Positions 51,271-64,000 of a stretch of 64,000 nucleotides of DNA are shown piece after piece. How positions within the stretch are numbered: the first letter of the stretch is position 1; each line of letters opens with the position of its first letter. The position numbers and the translations under genes were made by a program. The notes below the pieces were generated by a model, which was given only the letters and a program-made list of their open reading frames with translations, was not told the origin of the DNA and searched no databases. Source of the stretch: Octopus bimaculoides (Eukaryota); assembly GCF_001194135.2 (NCBI RefSeq), contig NC_068996.1, forward strand, positions 13,309,192-13,373,191, in the 5' to 3' direction.

Positions 51271-52379
51271 AAAAGGGACATAACTAAATACAAGATACAT
51301 TATTTATAATACTCTTATGGATCTCTTCCATAGGCACTGAAGGGGTTAAATGCTTTGCTAGCCAGGGAGGGAAGAGAAATAGCGATAATCAATTACAGAG
51401 CTTCTGTGATAGGTTTAGCCAGATAATCTTGACCTGGAAACCCAGTCCAAGGGTTTATTGAACAATGAGATCAACACTAAACTAAGGGCGCCTAAGTTGA
51501 CTTGTCGTGGTATTAAATCGCACAAATGATTAAGTGTAACACAGGATAAGGTCATAGAAGGATTTGAACTTAGAATGTAAAATATCGAAATCAACCAATG
51601 AGTCTCGTCCAATGCTGTAACAAATCCATTAATCTAGACTGCTACTTAATTTATTGTCTTTGGAAGGATGAAAGACGAAATCGACTCGTTGGTGTTTGAA
51701 CTGAGAAGATAAAATGCTGGAATAAATAACGCAAGCTCAATACAGTTTACTTATGAGCAAACTGTATCTCCCAGTCATTACTTGATGTAACGAATTTGTC
51801 CGAAAACCTATTCTTACTTCGTCTAGAATTTTAAAGAACCACCTCAGAGTCCTTTTGTCTGTTACAAATGCATCAATCTTACGTCACTATTAACAGAATG
51901 TAAGTTCACACCAGATGGCTCACACCATCTGATACATTTACATCTAGATACATTACACCCGAACTTTAAAACGCAATCGGCGTAGTCGGAATTATTTTAA
52001 TGATTGCACAGCCTATTTGGAGCTAAACAACAGTAACAGTAACAGAAATAACAACGATAACAGAAATAGAAATATCAATGATGGAGATCCAACGTGCGAG
52101 ATGGACCTGATAGAAATAATAGCTACATTTCTATCAAATCAATCAGGCTGCTTCAATTAAAGCAACCGGAGAACACGTGCAATTTGAACTTACATAGAGT
52201 GTATTTGAAAAATACATAGAACAGTTTTCATCATACGATTTATGCATCAGGGATGAGTGGATGCTAAACAAATTGATGAATAAGAGTATGAGAAAAGCAG
52301 CTCCGAGAAATAAAGACCATTGCAGTAGCGATAGAAGAGTTAGAGAGTGAAGACAGCGTGCTTAAGGACCAGAGTTCGA

Positions 52380-54700
52380 AGTATGTCTCTGGGTGAGTAG
52401 GTATTATTTAACTGACTGCACAGACCAAACATTTTTGGTTTATGGAGCATGCCCATAAATCATGGCCACACTACGCTATCTCTGCCTATTAACTTAAAAA
52501 TTGCCTTATCCCGATACGATCTGGATGACCCACTGCGTCTAGTTCATGTTAACATTAACACATTCGAGAAGTCTTGTCGCTTTCTGTTTTATAGAGTTGT
52601 AAACGTCTGAGCAAATTTTCGAGGCTTTTACACCCCGACCTTTTATCAGCTACCTCCATATAATACCAGTGTGTGTTTAAAACACCGCTCTATTCTCATA
52701 TTAACAATATAGAGGGATATTCTAAAGAAAGCTTCTGGGTACCTGAAGAAATCCAGCAATGCTGTTTCTGTCAGAAAATACTCGGTCGCTGAATATTTGG
52801 CATTCTCTCCTGATCGCATGCAACTCCGTTGACTTAGCATTTGAGTTGGGGAATACGGTTTGTAGATTGAGATATAGAGCTTTCCGAACTACGTTGCCAC
52901 TCCAACTTCCGGTCTAAGCTGACTGAGGGATACGTACGACATATAGTTACCGTAGGTGGGGGCTAAAGTCAGCGTTCCAGAAATATTAGTCCCGCTGATG
53001 GTTACTACATCAATATCCAGTGATTTTAGGGGATCGCAAGCTCCGTACATTTATTCTACTTACTCTTCATGCGATATTGGTCGGTATGTTGAATGTGGGA
53101 GAAACCACGAATATTTTTCCTTTCATACGACGGATGACCGACTTTCTTTTGGTTAATTGTCGATTTATCCTCAAGCTACACTTTGTACGGTATTTTATTT
53201 GCTGCACTTAGGAAATACACCACCTCTTTGGGAAGCTGCTTTAAGTAGTTTATAAGATGATTTTCTCGGATGGTACGATGCAGAATTGTTTTTTTAAAAG
53301 GTTTTTATATTGCTGCCTTTGATTACGGCTGTCATGCATTAATGTTTACAATTGGTGTTATGAGTACTTTTCTATTTGTAGTTATATCTGTGCTGTAAGA
53401 TATAATGGGAATAGGTTTGTATAGTTGGTTTGTGGCAGCCATTTCCTTTCGAACATCCTGACTTACTTTGGTTTGGTGGCTATTCATCTGTAAATTTCCT
53501 TTGTTTTCTGTTTGTCGATGATTCGTTTCACCCTTGTTGGACGACATGGCTGAAAAGTGAAAAGGAAGGAAAAGGAGGTTTTGTGAATTATTTTATTGCT
53601 TTTGTTTTTATTGATTTTTGTGGCTGTGTCAGCAGCAGTGTTTTTCTACTTAGCTGTTTTGTGAAGATGTTTGGATGTCCATCCATTGGGTAGATTGATT
53701 AAGTCGGCAGGAGCAGGTGTTTTCCTAACACTTGATTTATTTGGATCAAAAGCTTTATCTCCACATCGGCCCAGTTTCCTTTTTCAGCTTTGGACTTAGA
53801 GAATGTTCCTTTTGGGCTCGATGTCTGTTAAGCTGGATATCTCCAGCCAGCAGACGTTTATTCTTAAAGGGAGGTTAGTCACTCCTAAATATGCAATTCA
53901 ACGGTCGTGGTAATATTGGCTTATCATTCCATTAATATGGAATGCATGGCACGCCTTTTTGTCTTTCATTTCATTCGTAAACCTTACTTTAACCGTGCTG
54001 AACATTCTTCTTCATGCTATGTCACTTTTAACGACACATATTGGCGTCAGCTATCTTTCTATCTGAACTTGAGTTAATCGATTCACATGACTGTCTTTCG
54101 TGCTTATGCATTTAATTATAATTTTATTGCCAAATCGACTCAGGTGCATGCAGATATACATATCTTTCAATTTTTTTCTATCAGTTTCCTCACTTATGTT
54201 ATAATGTCATCCGACTGCTCGCTTATTTTAGAAGCACGTGTTAAGTTTGCAAATGACCTAGTCTTAGAAATGTTCGCACATTCAACGGTGGCTGATCTAG
54301 TCTTGATGGTAGCAGCATCTTTAATACTGCTACGGAGCTGAGGTTTTGTCTGTTGGCATATAGGACTTTTTTATCGCTTTTCATTATCCTTGTTTCTGTC
54401 TCCATCGTCGCCGTCGTTGTAGCTTATTGCCATAGTTAACTATTTCGTCAGTTGTTGTTGCCATCACAGCTAACTTTTCTTGTAGCTGTGGTAGTGGTGA
54501 TAATGGGGCTCTTACTAGTGCCACCCATTCTTTTGTTACTCCTGTTGTTGTTGCTGCAGTGTCGTCGCTACTGTTTTTGTTGTTGCCGTCATTATCGCCA
54601 ATTGTCGCATTGTTGTCGGCAGTTTGTTTGGCTGTTAAAGGTGGTCACGTAGTGGTTGCGCTACAAACTTTCTTCTTGCTTCTGTCTCCTTTCACAAATC
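52380..54700 (-). mobile_element. Decayed L1/Tx1-type LINE 5' half (low-complexity leader, ORF1-like region, endonuclease remnant)
   Basis: Minus strand: GVAxVRKALYLNLQTVF and SSRSYRDK...SVVWP endonuclease-like remnants at 52400-53120. The ORF1 assignment is weak. Confidence 0.5.
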
Positions 54701-54929
54701 CCAACGCCATGTGTTGAAATGCAAAAAATAAAATCAGAAAAATACAACTAGTTTCGATAAGAACGACGATTATAGCCTGGCATCCTCAAGATACCGGTAA
54801 GTTTAGGGGTTTAGTGATGCAGTAATACAGACATTTCATCAGAAAGACTTCTTAAAACATTTAGATTTTGTAAAAACAAAACGAGTAATAGGGAGTAGGC
54901 CTAGTTTATATACAAAACAATATATATTA

Positions 54930-56900
54930 ATAATAATGATGATGATGATGATGATGATAATAATAATAATAATAATTGCCCGGATGCAATACCAGGCAGT
55001 GGCTCTCATGGCTTCTGATCTTAACTGATTGGAAGTGTTATCATGTACAGTGTTTTGTCTTGGTATAAAAAGATGGGCTACAGCAAAATATTCTGCTTAA
55101 TACCACAGATTTGCTTGTCAGTTGTTTGACCTTAACCAGTTGAACATGTCCCTTGGTGGCTGAAAAATGGCGAGCACACCAGTTTACCGTCAAAGAAACA
55201 CTGAAGACGTAGACACATTGCATGTCTGCACACCATCAGCCACAGCATATCTAGTCATCCATTCAGCGGATATACATGGACTCAGGTGTGATTGTGTGGT
55301 AAGTAGCTTGCTTACTCTCGAAGCATGCGCCGTCAGTTACCGGCTACTGCTACTGTGAATGTCACATCGCTTTGAGGTGCAGTCCTCTGATGTCCTAGTT
55401 TCAGTCGGATGTCCCACAGCACCCTCAATTTCTATAGTTGTGATTCTAGAGTCTGTATATACAGAGAAGATGAGAGGGGACACCCTTGACGGACCGAGTG
55501 CATGATATTGAATGGTTCCGATTGATAACCATTAACCTGAAATGCCGTGCAGATGTCGCTGTGCATTTCAGCAATCCAACCACGGATGACGGTTCCGAAA
55601 CCGGCCACTGTGAGAATGGCTTCCATATATTGATGGCCAACCCTATCGAAGGCGTTTGATTTCTCGAAATTGATTAAGGCTCAGCCCATGCTAGGTTCTT
55701 TAACCACGCTCTGTATGATGTATCACATGAGGTTCAAGTCGTTGTGAATAGATCTGCTTAGGATAGCGCATGTTTTTCGTCAATCCTTCGACGACAAGCA
55801 CCAACCCCTTCGCTAACACTTTGGTAAAATAAAATTTAAACTGTTTTTAACAGAGTTATGTACCTAAAATTTTCTATCTGGTCCTCCTCGTTCGGGTTCT
55901 TTCTTAGATCCCGCTCTGCTGTCATTTGCGATAGATATTTGCTAAGAGGCCTCCAAATAACCCTGGTACATAAAAGTAAAATTTGCACGGAAGACTGGTG
56001 AACAAGGCGAATTGACACATCACCATCATGCAGCCCATCATCGCTTCTCGTTGTATCTGTAGCTGTTACTGGTTACTCGCAATGCTCCACCTCTCTTGCT
56101 GAGAGTTACGGCAGACTGTCGGGATGGAGGCTGAAGCCCATCCTGTGTTCCAGTTCACCATTTCTCCTAAACAGTCGAGCAAAGCGTCGCATATGCTCGT
56201 AAGGTGTCGAGTAAAATGTGTCCAGTATGATCACCCAAAGACCAAATTGTCACTCCGTTGTCATGTTACGGCTCTGCCACTTGAGTCCATCGATCAGCGT
56301 TCCTTCCCTCGTGTTTTGTTTTCTCAGTTTGTGCACTTGGCGTATTCTTGTTTTATATTCTATGGCGTATAATACGACTGCAACACGCATAGAGATAACT
56401 ACTTCTGGTGGTATTTCTGCAACTTTACCTACACCACACTCTGGCCGAGGCATATCGGAATTAATTGTTAATTCTTCAACTTTCATTGCAATTTTATTGT
56501 GGTTGTATTTTCCTTGGCTTCTTCACTTGGAAAGAGTGACATAGGTTTTTATTCCGTAAATTGATCTGCGGCATTACTCAATCTAGACTGCATCACTCGC
56601 TCGAGTCACCTTGTTTTTAATGACTTGCACTTGTAGATAATTGTATTTCGTCTTTCTCACTTCGTGTATTTCTTTCGGTGTGTTCACAAAAATAATTCTA
56701 CTATTCTTTTGTATGTGAGATTCGGCATCACTTAATGTCTTATCCGACATAGTAACTTTCTCCATTCGATGATAAGCTTGTGCAAGCCGTTTCCATTTTG
56801 CTTGGAAATTAAAACGATCCGGCGACTGTTTCCATTCTGTTAATGTCTGAGCTGGTTCTGGCGGTGGTAGCGCTGGCAGTGAGCCGAATAGCCTGAGCCA
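54930..56900 (-). mobile_element. Deleted L1/Tx1-type LINE (ORF1-like region, RT fragment) ending in a repeat module with (ATT/CAT)n tail
   Basis: YITLLKT, TCAILSRSIHNDLNLM, ALINFEKSNAFDRVGHQYME, EPFNIMHSVRQGCPLSSSLY; tail at 54929-54975. Confidence 0.75.
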
Positions 56901-56929
56901 CTAAGCGACGTGCCTTTAATCACGATAGT

Positions 56930-57530
56930 ATAAAGCATTGATTAAAACAAGTCGAAAATTACAGTGAAAATTGTTACAATAAGGAAGACAAATACAACAG
57001 TAATTTTAAAAATTACAAAAATGAGAAGCAACAGAAACAGATCTGGTCCATGGTTCCTGGTTGAAACGGTTCGCAAGTCTCTGGGAAAACAAACAATACA
57101 TATTCAGTAAGGAAGTCCGCTGTGGCTAATAAAAAGAAAGATCCTGAATAAGACAAATTGTAAGGAAACGTACCTCAAATTATCAATTAATTACGTGTGT
57201 ATCAATTACGTAGGAGCTCCTAATTGGAGACATGTTTATCAACACTTACACAAGAAATACCTAATATATGTTCAACTGAAAATCTGTCAAAAAAAAAAAC
57301 GAAGAGAGGAACAGAAGAGTAGTTATTGATTAAACAGGTGACCTTGCGAACTTACAGGGAAAATCTGAAAATTTATGCGTGACGTGGATCAAATATAGAA
57401 AAGCGTACGACCTAATTCTACTCCTATGGAGCAAGCGTTGCCTAGAACTCTCCAAGATCTCTAAAAAGGTTAGGTGTCTGTTAGCTTCCAAAATCCAATT
57501 TGAGCACGGCAAACTTCTTTTATGCAATCA
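56930..57530 (+). mobile_element. Dong/R4-type RT fragment
   Basis: VHGSWLKRFASL (~57046) and TWIKYRKAYDLI...CLELSKI (~57385). Confidence 0.7.
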
Positions 57531-58184
57531 GCTTGTGGGCATTTATATTTAGTAAGTCATGGAGTAGGCATTATTGATTAAAAAGAAGACAAACTGGAAG
57601 TATACGCACGTACATACATATATGTATGTATAAACGTACATATACGTATGTAAAAACATACATACATGCATACACACACATAAATACTTGCATATATGTA
57701 TATAAATATGTACACACATACATATATACTCACGTAACCGCTATACATACACATACGCATATATTTAAATAGTCCCTTCGGTGTTTCTGGTACTACTGCA
57801 TATGTTTAAGATGCTCATTGATCTATTATACTTCATTACTTTTGTTGTTCTTGTTGTCTTTGTTATATAGTTTCTAATTAAGGCTGAAACTTAAAGCAAT
57901 CTAGCCGTAACCATCGTGTCTTTATTTCCAGATATGTTTTTATATCAGTTTCCGTGATTCTATCTGTATTATTTTAGGCGTTAGTGTGTACGCTAAGGGA
58001 CATTCGGCTGCTATTTCTAGCAGCTCAAGTGGTTTCCCCATAACCTTACAGTGTTTCAGCCATGTGACAACAATGTCTCATGCGAGCAATAAAGACCCCA
58101 CAAAGTTGTTTATAAAATAGTCTTAATTAGACATAGATCAAAAATGTGTACGACTGAAATTTTAAGTTCCAGTATTCTCTTCTA

Positions 58185-58510
58185 CTCTTTTACACATTTC
58201 AGTCACTTGACTGCAGCCATGCTAGAGCACCGCCTTTAGTCGAAGAAAACGACCCCAGGACTTATTTTTTGTAAGCCTAGTACTTATTCTATCGGTCTCT
58301 TTTTGTCGAACCGCTAAGTTTCGGGGACATAAACATCGGTTGTCAAGCGATAGAGGTGAGGGGGACAAATAAAGACAAACACACACACACATAAATACAC
58401 ACACACTCACATATCACATACACGCACACACACATATGCACACATATATACGACGGGCTTCTTTCAGTTTCCGCCGACCAAATCTATACTCAAGGCCCGA
58501 GGCTATAACG
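58185..58510 (-). mobile_element. SINE family 1, 5'-truncated
   Basis: Reverse complement of 200-490: gcaccgcctttagtcga, gtaagcctagtacttattctatcggtctc, ttctttcagtttcc. Confidence 0.85.
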
Positions 58511-58685
58511 TTATTTTATTTTCTTCAATTAGGGGTAGTTGCGTGATAAGGAAGCTCGTCGTATTTATATACATGCGTACTTATAATCATCCCAGGAATA
58601 CGGACTGTGATCATAAGAGTCATGTGATTTGTGGAAACGCGCGTAGCGATGCATTAAATGTTTATAAATTCAAGCATCATTAGAT

Positions 58686-58689
<4 letters not shown>

Positions 58690-58766
<77 letters not shown>

Positions 58767-58985
58767 GTATTTTTGCGACTGTGTTTGTCCTCCACTACCG
58801 CTCGATAATCGTTTTTGGTTTGTTTACTTACGCATGACTTAGCAGTTCGGTAAAAAAAAACCGACAGAATATGTACCAGGCTTAAAAGCAAAGTACTGAG
58901 GTCTATGCATTCGACTACTAATTCTTTAAGGTGCCCAGCATAGCAGCAGCCAGATGACTGAAACAAATACAAAATAAAAACATAA
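58690..58985 (+). mobile_element. (TG)n tract plus diverged SINE family 1 3' half
   Basis: tgtgtttgtcc...acttagcagttcggtaaaa...gatgactgaaacaa. Confidence 0.7.
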
Positions 58986-59754
58986 AGATTACGAAATATA
59001 AAAGTAGACCCTTATAAGATTCGAACGGTGACAGAATGCGTGAACATCATACTACAACATATCTAATATGTTTCATCTAATACTGCTTTAAACTGCCTCA
59101 AAAATATCCACTACTTTTACAAATAGTACTACACATCGAATGAATAGCTGAGATACTACTGCTGAAACTGTTAACACAGCAGCTGAAAATTAAGATGCTA
59201 TTCATATTATTTCTAAATATATAAACGTATTGCAAGAAACAGCAAAGGTTAAACATTTAACAACATTATGTCTTAATAAATCTATATTTCAGAATAGTCA
59301 TTCTCAATAAATGATTGCAGCTTTTGTAGCTTTTCAACATTTGTATTTTATTCACCTCATAGCAAAGTGGCTCGTCATAGCTACTTCCATATGTTATCAA
59401 ATAAATAAATGAAATAAATATATATATAAATATATAATATACAAACATATAGATAAAATAAAAATAAAGTTATATAATTAGATATTATCCCATACTATAT
59501 TGATAGGATCATAATTTAATTGCGATTACTTGAATGAAAAAAAAAATTAAATATTACAAATTAAGACAGCTATTGATTATGTCGAGGGTGAAGATAGAAG
59601 TCAGTAATGTTGCTAAGTTACTAAATTTTTATCTTTCTTTTCAAACAGCAGACATTTTGTAAACATTCGACTTTCTATTTATATATATTCCAGTCTTTGA
59701 TAAAATATATGGATCTCAGTAAAATTTTCGGACCACATACATAAATATATATAC

Positions 59755-59965
59755 ATGCACGCATGCATATATACATGCATACGTATGTATGCATGTATAC
59801 ATATATGTATATGTATATGTATATATATATATATNNNNNNNNNNNNNNNNNNNNNNNNNNNNNNNNNNNNNNNNNNNNNNNNNNNNNNNNNNNNNNNNNN
59901 NNNNNNNNNNNNNNNNNNNNNNNNNNNNNNNNNNTATATATACACACACACACAAACGTGCATGC
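59755..59965. repeat. TA/CA simple repeats with gap 59835-59934
   Basis: Seen directly in sequence. Confidence 0.9.
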
Positions 59966-60029
59966 ATATACACATACGTTTCTCAAACAGCACCTGCTAA
60001 ACAGCAGAAGTAAAAATAAATACATAATA

Positions 60030-61005
60030 AACAATGCAGAAAATCGGAGAGAACAACATCCTATGTGTCAGTAGTAAGCTCTTCAAGAAGTTCTCTTTTC
60101 CTCCTATACAACCCCAAAACAGCTGGACTCGGATATCTAAAAGAAGATCTTGCTGAGAAATGCTCAGCATACCGGAAAAAAAGAAAAGACTATGCATGGA
60201 TATATGTTGAAAGACTCGAAGAAGACAGTAGCATCAACATGAAGTGCAGTCTCGCTTGGACTCTTGACCACCAAATCACACTTCGAAGCTATGCATTTGC
60301 AATCCAAGAATAGGAAATTGCCCATAAATACCCGATAAAGAAAAGGGACAGTAAAGCCATTGGGCTTTTAAGATGCAACTAAAAATGTAGATTATGCCAT
60401 ATTTCTGTGGAAGACATTGCACATGTGATCAGCAACTGCTCCAAAATATCATGAAGGCACTACCTCTCTATGCAACACGACACTGCGGCAAAAATCGTGT
60501 ACAATACCATTTGGAAAAAAAGATTGTTGTGGAATAAATATAGAGACCCCTCCGCTGTTATTGAATGCATACGCAAAAATCAGTACAAGGAATATTGGTG
60601 AAACATTCCCATCAAAATTGATGTCAGGTTGTAGATTTAACAGGCCGGATATTGTTTGGAGCTCACAAAAAAGTGTATGTACCGTTATAGATAACAGCCG
60701 CTCTGCTGATGTGAATATTTCTTTGAAAATCAAAAGAAAAGAGAACAACTATTAATAACTGCTCCGAAACCGCCGGCCCCTATATCTAGATATAAATTCA
60801 CGTTTATAGCAATAATAATAATGATAATGATAATCATAGGTGCACTTGGCTTTATAATTAAATGCTTAAGTAACAATCTGGATAAGCTGGTGTTTTTAGA
60901 AATAGAAATCAGCCCGGAAACGCACATGTTACACATACAATCTGTAAGTTGCACAGTAAAATTATGTGCGGCTTTTCTCAAGTTAAGAATGTGAATTTGT
61001 TTTCA
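60030..61005 (+). mobile_element. Dong/R4-type LINE 3' third, distinct subfamily
   Basis: SYAFAIQE*EI, KCRLCHISVEDIAHVISNC (CCHC), FNRPDIVW, SADVNISLKIKRKENNY, IIGALG. Confidence 0.8.
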
Positions 61006-61010
61006 CTATC

Positions 61011-61880
61011 TAGATGCGTTCCAGAAATTTTGAAACTTTTTCCCGAGATATTAATTTCAAAGAAGTACAAAACTCTAATCCCCTTCAAATTCGGATCCTC
61101 TGACTTCAATGCACTTGTGGAACTCCAGCCACTTCGTGAATGCCCATATCATTTCACCGAAGTGAAGGTATCTCGGACATCTGTCACAACCTACTTCACC
61201 TTCTCAATGTCTTCAATACAACTGCCTCCGAGGTTCTTCTTCAGCTTGGAGAACAACCAATGATCACAGGGAGCAATGACTGGACTGTACGGATAGTAAG
61301 GCGTAGTTTTGATGCCCACCACTGTTATATAGTTGGTTACCAGGATGGGAATGAGAACAAGCTTTGCACAAATTTTGCGCATGTTCAGAACTTTATGAAT
61401 AATTCTGTGCAAAGCAGTCAAACCAACTCCAAACTGCATGTTTATCGTCTTCATAGATACATGACAGTCTCCATCCAGAGAACTGGAAATTTTCTCAGTC
61501 AACTCTGATATTACAATGTCTTTCTTCTACTCAAATATCCAATTGTGACTCCTCTCTACCGGACTTGAACCTCTTGTGCCAGCGAAAGTGTTAATTCATA
61601 AGATGTCTGGGGTATTTCATAAGTTTGTGTGTCATTTTGCCCATTTCAACACAAACCTTTATTGCATAGCGAGCTTCCAAATTTTTCTTCACGTCCCGAT
61701 TGCTTTCTACAAACTATGTAGCTGAGAGAAGCAGTATTCAAGAGGGAGTTTTCAAAATGCTATCGCCTCCAATCTGGAATAAGAAAAAAATTGTCATGTC
61801 AGATTATTAGAATGACTTACTAAAATTACAATAATCTTGAAGATTTCCTAAAACTGTCTGATAATTTCTGGAATGTACAA
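61011..61880 (-). mobile_element. Internally deleted mariner element
   Basis: EARYAIK, WHKRFKSGRE, LNMRKICAK fused to GIKTTPYYPYSPVIAPCDHWLFSKLK. Decayed TIR core ttccagaaatt (61019) / aatttctggaa (61863). Confidence 0.8.
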
Positions 61881-62107
61881 AGTACATTCCAACAACTAAT
61901 TTTTGTCTGTGTTAGAAACCAGCTTCTTCCTCAGAGGAAGAATTCAAAGAATTAGAGAACATAAATATACATGCATACATATAAATACACAAACATAAAT
62001 ACACAAACATGAATACACAAACATGAATACACGTATACAGAGACATACACAGACAAGCACGCACGCACATACACATTTATATACATATACACACACATAA
62101 ATACATA

Positions 62108-62953
62108 CGAGGTGGTATCAAAACTTTCTGTTGCACGCCAACATAAGGCATCACACGGTTGCCTGTGCAGTGATAGCGAGCAGTGATCGTCAAGAGACAG
62201 CGTGGCCAATGTCAACGCAGTGTTTACTTCACAAGTTGTAAATGTGTTTGTGATCACGTTTTTTGTAGTCTGCGATTTTTGTCATGGACAAGAAGTTGGA
62301 GCAAAGAGACAATTTGAAATGTGTTAAACTCGAGAAGTCTGCTTCAGAGACATTGAGCATGCTTCAGCAAGCTTACGACGACGAAGCAACGGTCGCTTCA
62401 CAAAAGCGGAAGACGATGAGCGATCTGGAAGACCTGCAACGAGCGTCACCCCCGGAAATGTAGTATTGTGCATCAAGAAATCCCCAGGGCCGGACCATCA
62501 ATCGAGAGTGCTACAGAGACATTTTGATGCATTTTACAGATGACAGCGAAAGCGATCGGATTTGTGGAGCGCAAGAAATTGGTTTCTTTACGACGACAAT
62601 GTGCCCTCTCACCAAGCTCTCCTCGCTCGTGCGTTCCTCGCTAAGAACAACATAGTATCGCTTCCGCATCCACCCTATTCGCCAGATTGAGCACCAAGGA
62701 CCTCTTTCTCTTTCTCTAGATGAAAAAGCAGCTCAAGGATCACCGTTTTAACACCGTTATCAAGATCGTGAACGAATCGCAGAAGATCCTCGATACGCTT
62801 ACGGGAAACAACTTCCAGACCGGAGTCCAGAACTGGAAGGAACGCTGGAAATGTTGCATTGCTGCGCAAGGTGACTATTTCGAAGGAGATGATGTTACAA
62901 GTTAGGCAAATAACTAAACATAACGAGTCCTGGAACTTTTTGGTATCACCACG
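62108..62953 (+). mobile_element. Internally deleted mariner element (irritans-like C-terminus), ~846 bp
   Basis: TIRs cgaggtggtatcaaaa / ttttggtatcaccacg, left TA. MDKKLEQR...SASETLSMLQQAY, EDDERSGRP, FLAKNNIVSLPHPPYSPD*, WKERWKCCIAAQGDYFEGD. Confidence 0.9.
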
Positions 62954-62954
62954 A

Positions 62955-63500
62955 AAATATACGCACATATACATACATACATACATACATATATACAAGC
63001 ATATATACATGCATACACACTTGTATGCATACATATACACACATACATACATGAATGCATACATACATACATACGTACATGTACACTTACAGACACATAC
63101 ATTCACACACATACATACATACATATATACATACACACATGTATACATACGTACACTGATACATAAATGCATACACATATACATGCATATTCAGAAATCT
63201 ACTGCGACTCTATCCAGATTACAATTTCTGGTTTATCACTTAAGCATATATGAGCATGTCTAGGCATAGAGCTGTATATACATGCATATATACATACACG
63301 CATAAATACATACATACATATGTACACATACACATACGTATATATGAACATGTCTAGGCATGCAACTGTATATACATACATATGTAGATACAGATGAATA
63401 CATACATGCGTACATGCATAGATGCATGCAGACATACATACGCACTCATATATACATACATGCATGTATGCATGCATACATACTTACTTACACACACAAA
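62955..63500. repeat. (ACAT)n-rich simple-repeat block
   Basis: Seen directly in sequence. Confidence 0.9.
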
Positions 63501-63757
63501 ATAATAGTAGGTGGTGCAGGCTCTACTCGGCTCAGAAAAGGAATATACTAAAGAGCTCTCTCCACCCGTGCACCGCGCCCTTTACAGTAAGAATAAGATT
63601 TTGCAATGTGCTCTAATGAAAGCAAAATAGTCGTACTATGCTGGCCCGTCGAACCTTCGATATAAGCATTGGCAAGTTCCACTGGATTTTATTTCTTCAC
63701 TGTGAAATCTGAGAAATTAATACGACTTATATATCTTAATATATAAGACAGAGTTTT

Positions 63758-63794
63758 TGTGTGTGTGTGTGTGCGTGTGTGCGCGCGCGTGCGT

Positions 63795-63845
<51 letters not shown>
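63758..63845. repeat. (TG)n/(CG) microsatellite
   Basis: Seen directly in sequence. Confidence 0.95.
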
Positions 63846-63847
<2 letters not shown>

Positions 63848-64000
63848 CAATTTCTCATTACAATGTATGGAGAAACTATGTTGTCAATAACGTGTTACAA
63901 CTTCACTGACGAAGGCAGGATTTCATTCCCTTTTTTTACACACTTTGCTATCAATTATATAGGTAATTAATACATGTTTCTCGGGTGCAATAACCCTACA

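Noticed and set aside
54976-55000. 12-nt match (cctggtattgca on -) to the U2 snRNA 3' region, tempting as a Tx1/Keno-type U2 target
   Set aside because: Too short, with no other U2 sequence adjacent; likely chance.

Overview
Eukaryotic, AT-rich (animal) non-coding DNA with eight assembly gaps, most abutting simple repeats. I found no supportable host exon, rRNA, functional tRNA, CRISPR array or intact transposon ORF. The long entries in the ORF track come from microsatellites, N runs or decayed retroelements. The window is a transposon graveyard. It holds about 15 fragments of restriction-like-endonuclease (Dong/R4-type) non-LTR retrotransposons, three L1/Tx1-type remnants, one RTE endonuclease fragment and one Penelope-like RT remnant that the ORF track misses. 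It also holds three mariner deletion derivatives, a pogo/Tigger remnant, two hAT-type MITEs, about 20 copies of three tRNA-derived SINE families and dense di/tri/tetranucleotide repeats. The repeat repertoire resembles my recollection of octopus genomes; this is inference and was not searched. I do not see a new multi-gene system. The most interesting signals are architectural. (1) Dong/R4-type LINE 3' ends are stacked head-to-tail through their own (AAT)n tails. (2) The window is polarised: (AAT)n-tailed LINEs lie on + and most SINE2 copies on -. (3) A tRNA-sized cloverleaf-like unit, clamped by a 13-bp inverted repeat, lies inside a hAT MITE. (4) There are tightly spaced inverted SINE clusters. 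(5) Several nested insertions with visible target-site duplications (TSDs) give a relative chronology. Family names SINE1/2/3 are my own labels. Boundaries of decayed elements are approximate (tens of bp) unless a TSD or terminal inverted repeat (TIR) is quoted.
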